Virus record (IMG/VR): IMGVR_UViG_3300037863_000278
Coordinates: 1 to 24,647 of that record
Reading direction: 5' to 3' (one strand)
DNA from: a virus
Lineage: Duplodnaviria > Caudoviricetes
DNA length: 24,647 nt
Below, piece after piece: positions 1 through 8,265 of this stretch (the stretch's first letter is position 1; the number at the start of each line of letters is the position of its first letter). Under the pieces are notes generated by a model that did not search any database, was not told the DNA's origin, and saw only the letters and a program-made list of their open reading frames with translations. A program made the translations under genes and the position numbers.

Positions 1-541
1 TTGGAGCCTTGAGATCGCCAATCTGGACCCGGTGGGCAATGTACGCGCCCATGGCGTTGACGGCCTCCTCGGCCTTCTGGTCGAGAGCAGGTCGCAGGAA
101 CGGTTTGGCAGCATGGCCAGGATGCATGATCAAAGGGCCAACGAAGCTCTGGCCTATCTTCAAGCTGCCGCGCTTCACCATCTTGTTGATAGTGCCGATT
201 GACACTGCCTGTCGGCCACCAGGCGTTTTGCGGACTTGCTTGTCTGCATCAGAAACCGAGATCAAATGAGGTGCGACGCCATATTCAATGAATAGGCCCA
301 GATAGGAGCCTGAACCGCGCAGCTTCACGTAGGACGATAGCTTCGATCCCTCCACCCTTGTGCCAATGCCGATCGCCTTCTTCAGTTTGCCAGTCTTAAC
401 AGAGACATTTGCTTTAGCCTGTTGCTGGATGACCTTGGCGCCAGCGCGAAGGCCGCCGCGGATGACATTACGCTCAAGGTTTTTGGGCAATTCATCAAGT
501 AAGCGCATTAACTCTGGCCCACCCTTCAGCCTAATGGTCAT
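1..541 (-). CDS. HK97 gp10-family tail completion/neck protein (3' end outside the window)
   Basis: Translated by hand from ATG at 541 (ATGA overlap with the upstream stop): MTIRLKGGPELMRLLDELPKNLERNVIRGGLRAGA...KTGKLKKAI...FIEYGVAPH...HPGHAAKPFLRPALDQKAEEAV. The TGxL, EYG and PFLRPA motifs are typical of this family. Not in the ORF track because it lacks a stop in the window. Confidence 0.85.
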   Translation of the reverse strand, partial: MTIRLKGGPELMRLLDELPKNLERNVIRGGLRAGAKVIQQQAKANVSVKTGKLKKAIGIGTRVEGSKLSSYVKLRGSGSYLGLFIEYGVAPHLISVSDADKQVRKTPGGRQAVSIGTINKMVKRGSLKIGQSFVGPLIMHPGHAAKPFLRPALDQKAEEAVNAMGAYIAHRVQIGDLKAP

Positions 542-891
542 GGCGCGGCCCCTTCAGTCGAGTGTTCTTCCACCATGACTTCTGTGGCCTCACGCCGGCC
601 AAGCGTGGCCGGGCCGGAGATGATCTGGTGAACACGATTGTCGATGATGATCCGCATGTCGGCGGCGAGCCCCGCCAAATACCGGATGCGGATCCGTGCG
701 GGTCTGCGGGCGATCTGTATACTGTCGGCCAGACGCTCGGCCTTTGAGGGCAGAATGTCCTTCACCTCGGCCCAGACGCAGGCGAACTCGGCCCATGCCA
801 CTAATTCGGTTCCGTATTGCGGATCAGCGGTCACCGCCTTGCGCTCGATCCGGATCCGGGTGTCGAGCTTGGAGGCTAGATCCAACGACAT
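538..891 (-). CDS. Phage head closure / head-tail adaptor (SPP1 gp16-like)
   Basis: 117 aa with LDTRIRIER...W..FACVWAEV...IRIRY pattern, in the expected position after the connector. Confidence 0.85.
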   Translation of the reverse strand: MSLDLASKLDTRIRIERKAVTADPQYGTELVAWAEFACVWAEVKDILPSKAERLADSIQIARRPARIRIRYLAGLAADMRIIIDNRVHQIISGPATLGRREATEVMVEEHSTEGAAP

Positions 892-1418
892 TTGAGTTGC
901 CCCACGAGGCTATCGAAGGCGAGACAGGCCGCGCCTTCGCGGTTTTCAAACATCGTGGCGACTTTGACCAGGATTGCGGCCCGGGCGATCTGGAGATCGG
1001 GGGCCGTGTCGGCAAATCCGGCAGACAGGGTGATCTGGATCAGACCATCTGCGCCAAGCTCTGGCCAAGACTTGCCCGATGCAGGGCGAATGCGGGTAAA
1101 TCCGTTGCGCCGCCGAGCGACATAATCAGCCTCCGGCAGTGTGATCGTGGTGCCGTTTGCCGAGGCGTAGCGGATCTCGGCCACCATGCAGGGGCGGACC
1201 GGCACGGTGATTTCGTCTTTCCAGCCTTCCATCTGCAATTCGAGGGCCTGTTCGCAGAGCTTAAGCCCGGTCTGCAGTTCCAGTTCGGCCTGGGCAGCAT
1301 CGAGCTTGGCGCCCAGCAGCAGGTCCTCGTCTCGGGCATCAAGCCGCAATTGTTGGCGCGCTTCTTCGAGTGTCACGGCCCGGTCCTGCGGCGGAGCAAT
1401 GACGACGATCTCGGACAT
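876..1418 (-). CDS. Phage head-tail connector (HK97 gp6 / phiE125 gp8-like)
   Basis: VTLEEARQQLRLD...EDLLL at the N-terminus and AAILVKVATMFENRE at the C-terminus; follows the capsid gene. Confidence 0.88.
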   Translation of the reverse strand: MSEIVVIAPPQDRAVTLEEARQQLRLDARDEDLLLGAKLDAAQAELELQTGLKLCEQALELQMEGWKDEITVPVRPCMVAEIRYASANGTTITLPEADYVARRRNGFTRIRPASGKSWPELGADGLIQITLSAGFADTAPDLQIARAAILVKVATMFENREGAACLAFDSLVGQLKCRWI

Positions 1419-1618
1419 TAGTCAGCCTTTGTGCGGTGCGTGGAACCGGTCTTACGGGTGACCGCTGGCGCGGGCGCGTTCCCGGCCACCTCCGCCGCCA
1501 GACCGCGTTCGATGAGTAGCTTTCCAAAATGGTCATCGAGCTCGAAGGTTTGGCCAGTCAGCAGGTTGCCCGAACTGACCGAGCTGATGTGCAGGGTATC
1601 AAGTGCTTTAAGGATCAT
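1418..1618 (-). CDS. Small hypothetical phage protein downstream of the capsid gene
   Basis: 66 aa, preceded by a GGAAGGAA RBS; its stop overlaps the connector start by 1 nt. Confidence 0.75.
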   Translation of the reverse strand: MILKALDTLHISSVSSGNLLTGQTFELDDHFGKLLIERGLAAEVAGNAPAPAVTRKTGSTHRTKAD

Positions 1619-1643
1619 GGGTCGTTCCTTCCCGTGAACGACA

Positions 1644-1665
1644 GGGGCCAGAATGCTCTGGCCCC
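1644..1665 (-). terminator. Stem-loop just after the capsid gene (weak terminator or mRNA-stabilising hairpin)
   Basis: Perfect 9-bp inverted repeat GGGGCCAGA-atgc-TCTGGCCCC just after the tandem TGA TGA stop; no strong U tract. Confidence 0.55.
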
Positions 1666-1672
1666 CGCGTCA

Positions 1673-2938
1673 TCAAGCAGCGGTGGCCGCGGTGGCAGCA
1701 GCCGCGAAGTCGCCCTTCACGAAGGCCTCAGGGCGATAGACCGCGAGCGCGAGACGCTCTTCGGCCAGCACCGTCACAAGGTTCTTGCGGAAGTTCTGGT
1801 CATCCTCGGTCGAGATTTCGACCATGGCGTCCATGCGGTCGAAGATTTGCGCGCCAAGCTGGAAGGCACCGGTCAGGAACTTGCCAGTGGCCATCGACTG
1901 GGTGGGAACAACCGGCTGACCCCAGAGCGTCGGCGACAGGTTGCCCTGCGGATTGCCGATGATGAACTGGCCGGTGGTGTCCTTCAGCAGTTCGATCGCC
2001 GCCCAATCCGCCGGATGCAGCACCATGCCGGTGGACATCAGTTCCGAAAGTGCGGTCTGCAGCATGGCAAGCCGCAGTACGTCGATCCGGGTAACAGGCG
2101 CCGGAACCGTGATCGGCGGCGCAAAGGCAGTCGCCTGCGTGTAAATGCCATGCAGGTCGGTGCCCGTGCCGCCGCCATTGAGCAGCTGGTTTTCTTCGAC
2201 CAGCGCCAGGCCATAAGTCAGGCGGCCATCGATGTAGGACTGCAGCATCGGCACATCGTCGAGGATCTGGCGGGTGGCCAGAACCCAGTGGGCGATCGTG
2301 GTCACGCTGCTGGTCACGACATCAAACTTGATGTCGGTCTGGGGCTTGGCGACGCCGCTGGTTTCAGAAACCGAGGCGGCGTTGTTGGTAAACCCGCTTT
2401 CCTTGACGTACTGGACCGCGTTGCTGTTGGTGCGGCCAGGCGTTAGCAGGTCGCGCACAGTAAGACGGCGCTGCCCGGGCGTGACGATACCGGGCTGACG
2501 GTTAGGCACGATCAGATCGCCTGCTGAACCATTGGCATCGGTGGTCAGCGCAGAAATGATCGCCTTTACCTCGACGCTGGCCCGGCCGCGTGCGGTCTTG
2601 CTGTTGAGGAATGGCTTGATGCTGTCCGACGTGACGACACGTTCGCCAAGGGTCTTGAACTGCGGGGGGCCGTCCTCTGCCACCCGGCGAGCGAGCTTCT
2701 GCTCGACCTCGTCGAGGCGGGCCTTGGCTTCATTGAGCGCGGTCAGCGCTTCGTCAGCCAGCTGCTTGGTGGCGGCGGAAAGTTCCTCGCCTTTGGCGGC
2801 CTTGCCCAGCGCCTCTTGTGCCAGCGCCTTGACGGCATCATGGCGGGTATCGAAGTCCTGTTTGACGGCGTCTTGCTGGGCAGCAAACGCGGCTTTCACT
2901 TCGCCGGCAAGCTGCTCGGCGCTTTTGTTGTCAGTCAT
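1673..2938 (-). CDS. Major capsid protein, HK97 family, with N-terminal coiled-coil delta domain
   Basis: Start moved to MTDNKSAEQ (GGAG RBS), 421 aa. Motifs RRLTVRDLL, E...KP, EENQLLNGGG, TLWGQPVV and FRKNLVTVLAEERLALAVYRPEAF. Confidence 0.97.
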   Translation of the reverse strand: MTDNKSAEQLAGEVKAAFAAQQDAVKQDFDTRHDAVKALAQEALGKAAKGEELSAATKQLADEALTALNEAKARLDEVEQKLARRVAEDGPPQFKTLGERVVTSDSIKPFLNSKTARGRASVEVKAIISALTTDANGSAGDLIVPNRQPGIVTPGQRRLTVRDLLTPGRTNSNAVQYVKESGFTNNAASVSETSGVAKPQTDIKFDVVTSSVTTIAHWVLATRQILDDVPMLQSYIDGRLTYGLALVEENQLLNGGGTGTDLHGIYTQATAFAPPITVPAPVTRIDVLRLAMLQTALSELMSTGMVLHPADWAAIELLKDTTGQFIIGNPQGNLSPTLWGQPVVPTQSMATGKFLTGAFQLGAQIFDRMDAMVEISTEDDQNFRKNLVTVLAEERLALAVYRPEAFVKGDFAAAATAATAA

Positions 2939-2963
2939 GGAAAATGCTCCGTAGGAGTTGGGA

Positions 2964-3623
2964 TCAGCCGCGGATTTGCGCGGCGAGAGCCGACAGGAAG
3001 TCGGTGGGGGACTCACTGCCGGACTCACTCCGGTGCAGCGATTTTAGGCCTTTGCCCGCGATTGCGGCGGCCTGGCTTTTCGAGAACCCTGCCTCACGCA
3101 GGAAGCTCTCAAACTCTGGAAGGGATGGCAGCACGCTGCCGTCGGTGACGGTTTTGACCGCAGTCACCTTGGCCTCGATATTCATCGGCATGGTGACGAG
3201 GCTGATTTCGCGAAGGTCGATCTTCTTGATGCGCAGCACGCCGGCCTTGTAGGGATCAGGCGCAGCGCCGCCCTTGGGGATGGTGTAGCCAATCGACAGA
3301 CCGCCAAGCGCGCCGTGTTTGAGCTTGCCATAAGCCCGCTGGGCAACCGGATCGCCGTCCATGATGAGCTGGCCGCGCACAAACAGGCCGCGGTCGTCCT
3401 CGAAGATATCGCGCCAGACGCCGATCGGCTCGCGCTGATCGTGCTGCCACAGCATCGGGATCGACCACCCCTCGGTGCGGGCCTTGCCGACACTTTCCCG
3501 AAATGCGCCGGGCTCGATGAGGTCGCCGCCCTGGTCGACATTGCCAAAGGTCGAGGCATAGCCTTCGAACTGGCCGGTTTCCTGAAGGTCGCTCGACTTG
3601 AGGGTCAGGGTGAGATGTTTCAT
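2964..3623 (-). CDS. HK97-family prohead protease (peptidase S78)
   Basis: FEGYASTFGNVD, MLWQHD (catalytic His), GLSIGY (catalytic Ser), LREISLVTMPMN. Confidence 0.95.
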   Translation of the reverse strand: MKHLTLTLKSSDLQETGQFEGYASTFGNVDQGGDLIEPGAFRESVGKARTEGWSIPMLWQHDQREPIGVWRDIFEDDRGLFVRGQLIMDGDPVAQRAYGKLKHGALGGLSIGYTIPKGGAAPDPYKAGVLRIKKIDLREISLVTMPMNIEAKVTAVKTVTDGSVLPSLPEFESFLREAGFSKSQAAAIAGKGLKSLHRSESGSESPTDFLSALAAQIRG

Positions 3624-4879
3624 GGTCTTGGCTCCGATGGGGCATTTGCTTGCGTGGGCGGCGGTAGGCCGGCCCCAGTGCTGATTTGGGTGATGGGCAC
3701 GTTCTGCATCTGCATGCGGGGGACATCGCCGCCCGGCACAGGCGCGAGGTTTTCCAGCGCGCGGACCTCGTTGATGGTCATCACGCCATTGCTCAGCATC
3801 TGCTGGTAGAAGGAGGCCCGCGCGCCGCTATCGCCGCGCAGCAGGCCTTCCAGGTTGAACTCGATCACGATCCCGGCCTGGCGGTCGGCAGGCGACAAAA
3901 GCTGCTTGGCGAGCGCCTGTTCGATACGTTTGAGGCGCCGGCGCAGCGTGAACTTCTGGAACCCCAGCGTCTGCTGTTCAAGGCCAGTGCCCCAGCTGGT
4001 GGTTTTCTCGGTATGACCGACCATGAACGGCGGCACGCCAAAGAACCGGCAGACTTCCTCGACCGAGAAGGCCCGGCTCTGCAGCATCTGCGCGTCTTCG
4101 GGGCTGATCGAGAGCTGGACCCAGTCCATGCCTCGGTCGAGCAACATCGGCCGCCCGGCATTGATGGCGCCGGTAAACTTCTCCTGCAGCAGCTCCTCGG
4201 CCTGCTTGCGCTGGTCGAGGGTCAGCGTATCGGCGGTCTTGAGCAGGCCAGATGGGCGCACCCCGTTGCGGAATGTGTCGCCTGAAGCCCGTTCGATTGC
4301 CTGTGCCAGGCCGAAGGTCTGGCGGCCGAACGACAAGGTCGAGAGCCCGCCCAGCGGATTGCCGCCAAAGCCCCGGATGTGGAGCATGTTCTCCTGAGCG
4401 ACCGTCGACCGCACGCCGCCATCTGACCACTCATATTGCAGGCTACCGTCGCGCAGACGGCGCACCGTCATGATTTCGGGCGCGATGGGCACGCTGAGCG
4501 CCACAACCCGGCCATCGCGAGACCGGATGATCTCGGCGTAGGCGTTGCCGCCCAATTCAATGCAGGCGCAGATGAACTCCCAAAAATCGACCGCGGTCTG
4601 ATCGGCATTCGGGCTATCGTGCAGGATCCGGTAAAGCGGATGGTCACTGGCAACCATCCGCGCACCGCTCCGGGTCCGGTAGACCATGAGCGGCAGCGAT
4701 GCGATCGTGCCGGCGAGAAGATTGACGCAGGCCCAGGCGGACGCGAGGCCCAAGACCGAGGTAGTGGAGACCACTTCGCCGGTTGTTGTCGTGCGGCCGC
4801 CCACGGCCTGAATTAGCCTCGGGTCGGTGACCCCTATGGAGCGCGCTACGTATCCGAGCGCCTTTTGAAATAGGTTCAT
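3620..4879 (-). CDS. Portal protein, HK97 family
   Basis: Start moved to MNLFQKALG (ATGA overlap with the terminase stop), 419 aa. Motifs ACVNLLAGTIASLPL, GNAY, MLHIR, ICRFFGVPP-like and MTINEVRALENL. Confidence 0.95.
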   Translation of the reverse strand: MNLFQKALGYVARSIGVTDPRLIQAVGGRTTTTGEVVSTTSVLGLASAWACVNLLAGTIASLPLMVYRTRSGARMVASDHPLYRILHDSPNADQTAVDFWEFICACIELGGNAYAEIIRSRDGRVVALSVPIAPEIMTVRRLRDGSLQYEWSDGGVRSTVAQENMLHIRGFGGNPLGGLSTLSFGRQTFGLAQAIERASGDTFRNGVRPSGLLKTADTLTLDQRKQAEELLQEKFTGAINAGRPMLLDRGMDWVQLSISPEDAQMLQSRAFSVEEVCRFFGVPPFMVGHTEKTTSWGTGLEQQTLGFQKFTLRRRLKRIEQALAKQLLSPADRQAGIVIEFNLEGLLRGDSGARASFYQQMLSNGVMTINEVRALENLAPVPGGDVPRMQMQNVPITQISTGAGLPPPTQANAPSEPRP

Positions 4880-6699
4880 GAATGAAGGCTTTTCAGCCAG
4901 TCGTCGATCGAGCCGGAGGTGTCGCCTGCCATTGCTGCCCCCACTGCCATGCACAGCGCCACGGCTGCGTCGATCTTGTTGATGGCTCGCTGCTTGGAGA
5001 GCCATTTGTTGTCCCAGCGGTCGGTTTCGGTGACCGCCGACATCATTGCTGAAATCAGCACAGGATTGCGTTTGAGCCGGATGCGGCCTTCGAGGATCAG
5101 TTCCTCGAGATGCCGGAGAGACCCCGGCATCCACAGGCCTTCGCTCATCCCGTCCTGCGGTTTGCCGCGTTTTGTGCCGCCTTGCGGATGCTCGATAAAA
5201 TTGACGGAAAGTCCGAGATCGCTGACTTCCTCCTCGAACCGGCGGAAGGCGTAACGATCATAGGCCACGGTCTCGACGCGGAACTGGGTGGTCATCTCAG
5301 CCAGCGCCTGCGCCACTTGGCGCAAGCTGATGTTCTCGCCTTGGGGCGCATTCAGAAATCCGCCAGCGACCCAGACGTCGTAGGGCTGCTTGTCGCGCAG
5401 CACTCTGGCACTGAGCGTATCGCCCGGCGTCCAGACCTCGACCCAGGCATCAAAGCAGGGCTTGCCGTCCTTCTCGCCATTGCGCTGCACGCCTGCCAGC
5501 GCGGTCAAATCCCGGTTCTGGCTGAGGTCCAGCCCAAGCCAGACGGATTGGCCGCGCTTGGCTTCGAACTCGGCCAGTAGCGGCTCGAGCGTCGAGCGCG
5601 CCATCCAGGCGGTTTCGGCATCGGTCCAGATGCAGAAGTGCAGCCGCAAGATCCCGTTCAACTGGCCCGGGATTGCTTTGGCCTGGGCCACAACCTCGGT
5701 CAGATACTGCTCGGTGATCGTGATGCCCAAGAGCGGGTTGGCCTTGATCCAGCAACTGGGATCGGTCAGCGGATCATCGCCTTCGTCGAGCGCGCAGACA
5801 TAGCTGAACGTCGTATCGTCGATGACCTGGCCGAGGTAAGTCGGGTCCAGTACTGCATCAGGGTTGCCCGCTGCCACCCGGACCCCATGTTCGTGTTCCT
5901 CCCAGGCGACTGAGTTCCGGTTGGAACCCGAGTTGGTGATCATGAACAGCAGCGGATCGCGGCGGAACTTGAAGCCGCGCTCGAGCATTTCGATGATTGA
6001 GCGATCCGGAAGCTCGTGGACCTCGTCCGCCAGTACAAAATAGGGCCGAGGTCCTGATCCGGTTTTGCCCGTATCGCGCGACACTGGGCGGAAGAAGCTT
6101 CCGCTAGGCAAATGCGCGATGTTGAACTCGCGGCCGGGGCCGCCAGAGAACTCCAACCGCCTCGCAAGTGCCGGGGATTGCCGCACCATCTTGACCGCAT
6201 CACGGAACAGAATGTTGGCCTGTTCTTTTTTGGCGGCCGCCGCATAGATCTGGGCGCCAGCCTCCTTGCAGGCGGTCATGCCGTAAACACCGATGCCGCC
6301 GGCAATCGGTGATTTGCCGTTGCCTTTGCCCTGTTCGATGTAAGCGCGGCGAAACCGGCGCCTGCCGTCCTTGCGTTTCCAGCCGAAGATGCTGCCAATG
6401 ATGAAGGCCTGGCTCGGTTCCAGCTGGAAAGGCTGGCCTTCGAACTGGCCTTCAGAAAGCTTCAGCACCTCCTCGAAAAAGGCGAAGGCGTGGTTGGCGG
6501 CCGTCTCGTCGAACCAGATACCATCCTTGCGCGCGAGATCTGCAATGTGCCGGTGGCAAGAGTTGCGAACGTGGGGTCCGGCGATGATCTCGCCTGACAC
6601 AACCGCCCTGGCATACGCCAGCGTGCGATCAGGCGAAGAAGCGGTCGGCGGGGTCGCCCCCATCTTCTGGCGGCGCGGCCGCGATCCTGCTCCTGGCAC
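4876..6699 (-). CDS. terL: Terminase large subunit (start uncertain: GTG 6699 or ATG 6663)
   Basis: Walker A GKGNGKS, Walker B VLADEVHE, coupling motif ITNSG, and RNase H-like nuclease GLDLS...KIDAAVA. Confidence 0.95.
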   Translation of the reverse strand: MPGAGSRPRRQKMGATPPTASSPDRTLAYARAVVSGEIIAGPHVRNSCHRHIADLARKDGIWFDETAANHAFAFFEEVLKLSEGQFEGQPFQLEPSQAFIIGSIFGWKRKDGRRRFRRAYIEQGKGNGKSPIAGGIGVYGMTACKEAGAQIYAAAAKKEQANILFRDAVKMVRQSPALARRLEFSGGPGREFNIAHLPSGSFFRPVSRDTGKTGSGPRPYFVLADEVHELPDRSIIEMLERGFKFRRDPLLFMITNSGSNRNSVAWEEHEHGVRVAAGNPDAVLDPTYLGQVIDDTTFSYVCALDEGDDPLTDPSCWIKANPLLGITITEQYLTEVVAQAKAIPGQLNGILRLHFCIWTDAETAWMARSTLEPLLAEFEAKRGQSVWLGLDLSQNRDLTALAGVQRNGEKDGKPCFDAWVEVWTPGDTLSARVLRDKQPYDVWVAGGFLNAPQGENISLRQVAQALAEMTTQFRVETVAYDRYAFRRFEEEVSDLGLSVNFIEHPQGGTKRGKPQDGMSEGLWMPGSLRHLEELILEGRIRLKRNPVLISAMMSAVTETDRWDNKWLSKQRAINKIDAAVALCMAVGAAMAGDTSGSIDDWLKSLHS

Positions 6700-7111
6700 T
6701 GGGCGTCATCCCGAATTCTGCGGCGTAGCGCATCATGTCCGCGGCTGCTTTGTTGGCGGTGCCCACCAGCGGGTTCTGGATGGCGTTGCCGTTGGAGGTC
6801 TTGATCATCAGACCGCCGGTCAGCTGGTCCTTCTCGGCCATCTTGGCGATGGCTCGTTCTGCCTGGACCCAGCGGCCATAGGCCTGGGCGTAAGCCGCAA
6901 GTGCTGCCCGGTCGATTTCGGAGAGAATGCCGAGATTGTAGAGGTCCGTTGCGACCCGGTTCCATTCCTCGACTGCATCGGCCGTGAGGTGGACCGGCGG
7001 TGCGGGTATCGATGCTTTGGCCTTGGCCTCCTTGCGGTTCAGCGCCCGTTTGCCGGGATTGCCGGTTACCAATTTAAGATGGGTGGGCTTGGGTTTTGTG
7101 CCGGGTTTCAT
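6629..7111 (-). CDS. terS: Terminase small subunit, P27 family
   Basis: KPKPTHLKLVTGNPGKR at the N-terminus; QNP and EFGMTPSARSRI at the C-terminus; GAGGAAGG RBS. Confidence 0.93.
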   Translation of the reverse strand: MKPGTKPKPTHLKLVTGNPGKRALNRKEAKAKASIPAPPVHLTADAVEEWNRVATDLYNLGILSEIDRAALAAYAQAYGRWVQAERAIAKMAEKDQLTGGLMIKTSNGNAIQNPLVGTANKAAADMMRYAAEFGMTPSARSRIAAAPPEDGGDPADRFFA

Positions 7112-7179
7112 GGCCGAGCGCCTTCCTCTATGTCTCGCGCCTTACCGGTTCCAAGCCTCCCAAACCTGAGGACACGACG

Positions 7180-7614
7180 ATATTTGAATTTCTGATCATG
7201 GCCGCTGCCGCAGTCATTGAACCGCAGGGCACCACGTTTACCTGCACGCCGACCCGGGTCTGGGACGGCGATGGACCGGTCTGGTGCGCAGAAGGCCCGC
7301 GTATTCGGCTGTCCGGCATCGCCGCGCGAGAGAGCGACGGTAGCTGCAGGTCCAATCAGCCATGCCCGCGTGCCTCGGCGGAAGACGCCCGAGATGCGCT
7401 GGTCAGGCTGGTCGGGCGCCCGGTGGGCGGGTCGCGTGAAGGGCATATATTGGTGAGCGGTCCGGCAATGCAGTGCCGCTCCGAGGGCGGAGCTGGCGGC
7501 GTGCGAACCGCGGCTTGGTGCGTGTCGCCGAAATCTGGCGATATCTCTTGCGCCATGGTCAGGGGTGGCTGGGCTCTGCGATGGGATCGGTATTGGCGGG
7601 GGCATCGCTGCTGA
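7180..7614 (+). CDS. Thermonuclease (SNase-like) family protein, probably exported
   Basis: VWDGDG and RIRLSGIAARE resemble the SNase DGDT and RLxGIDAPE motifs; C-terminal MVRGGWA; 8 Cys. The start is either ATA at 7180 (GAGG 8 nt upstream) or ATG at 7198. Confidence 0.75.
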   Translation: MFEFLIMAAAAVIEPQGTTFTCTPTRVWDGDGPVWCAEGPRIRLSGIAARESDGSCRSNQPCPRASAEDARDALVRLVGRPVGGSREGHILVSGPAMQCRSEGGAGGVRTAAWCVSPKSGDISCAMVRGGWALRWDRYWRGHRC

Positions 7615-7626
7615 AGCAGGTTGGAG

Positions 7627-7668
7627 CGACAAGCACTACTTGACATGACAAGCGCCGCTTGACATAAG
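7627..7668 (+). promoter_or_regulatory. higBA promoter with two tandem 19-bp operator-like repeats
   Basis: TTGACA at 7640-7645, 17-nt spacer, CATAAG at 7663-7668. Repeats CGACAAGCACTACTTGACA and TGACAAGCGCCGCTTGACA are each imperfect palindromes. Confidence 0.65.
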
Positions 7669-7673
7669 GCTGG

Positions 7674-7958
7674 ATGGATATCGAGAGCATTTCCCATAAG
7701 GGCCTGCGCCGGTTCTTCGAGACCGGCAACGCGAAAGGCCTGGTTGGCGATGTGTCTCGGATCCGCAAAATGCTGGCGTATATCGATGCAGCAGCAAGCT
7801 TTGATGAACTGGCCGTGCCGCCCAATTATGGACTGCACGAACTGGTCGGTGACAAAGCCGGGCGATGGTCGATGGCCGTCACAAGGAACTGGCGCCTGAC
7901 CTTTATCAAGCTTGACGAGCACAGCATCGCAGAACTCGATCTAGAGGATTACCACTGA
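7674..7958 (+). CDS. higB: HigB (RelE/ParE-fold) toxin
   Basis: IESISHKGLRRFFETG...LHELVGDKAGRWSMAVTRNWRLTF...DLEDYH is a typical HigB signature; toxin-first gene order. Confidence 0.93.
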   Translation: MDIESISHKGLRRFFETGNAKGLVGDVSRIRKMLAYIDAAASFDELAVPPNYGLHELVGDKAGRWSMAVTRNWRLTFIKLDEHSIAELDLEDYH

Positions 7959-8260
7959 TGGCCATGAACATGCACCCCTCGCTCGCGGTTCACCCTGGCG
8001 ACTGGCTTAAGAGCGAAGTTGTCGCGCCGCATGGGGTCAGCATCAACCGACTGGCGGCCAGCTTTCATGTGTCCCGGCAGGCCTTGAGCAATTTGTTCAA
8101 CGGGCGCGCGGCCTTGTCTGCCGAGATGGCGATCCGGTTTGAGAAAGCTTTCGGCATCAGGGCCGATACGCTGATGCGGATGCAGACGGCCTATGACATG
8201 GCGCAGGCCCGCGCTCATGCCGACGACATCATCGTGGATGCGGTTCTCGCCGCCGCCTGA
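7958..8260 (+). CDS. higA: HigA antitoxin (HTH-XRE)
   Basis: HPGDWL...LAASFHVSRQALSNLFNGRAALSAEMAIRFEKAFG...MRMQTAYD; TGATG coupling to higB. Confidence 0.93.
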   Translation: MAMNMHPSLAVHPGDWLKSEVVAPHGVSINRLAASFHVSRQALSNLFNGRAALSAEMAIRFEKAFGIRADTLMRMQTAYDMAQARAHADDIIVDAVLAAA

Positions 8261-8265
8261 CCGCA

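Noticed and set aside
130-280. Extra segment and slightly lower-GC look in the gp10-like gene
   Set aside because: Insertions between the EYG and PFLRPA motifs are common in this family, the frame is intact, and GC content was not quantified.
696-2446. Long plus-strand ORFs over the head genes (also over the helicase, ATPase and MTase)
   Set aside because: They are antisense to well-supported genes and show no independent coding signals.
4880-5134. N-terminal extensions in the ORF track (portal here; also capsid, HNH, nuclease, primase, 310-aa protein and repressor)
   Set aside because: Most overlap neighbouring genes, and downstream starts with SD sequences or ATGA coupling fit better.
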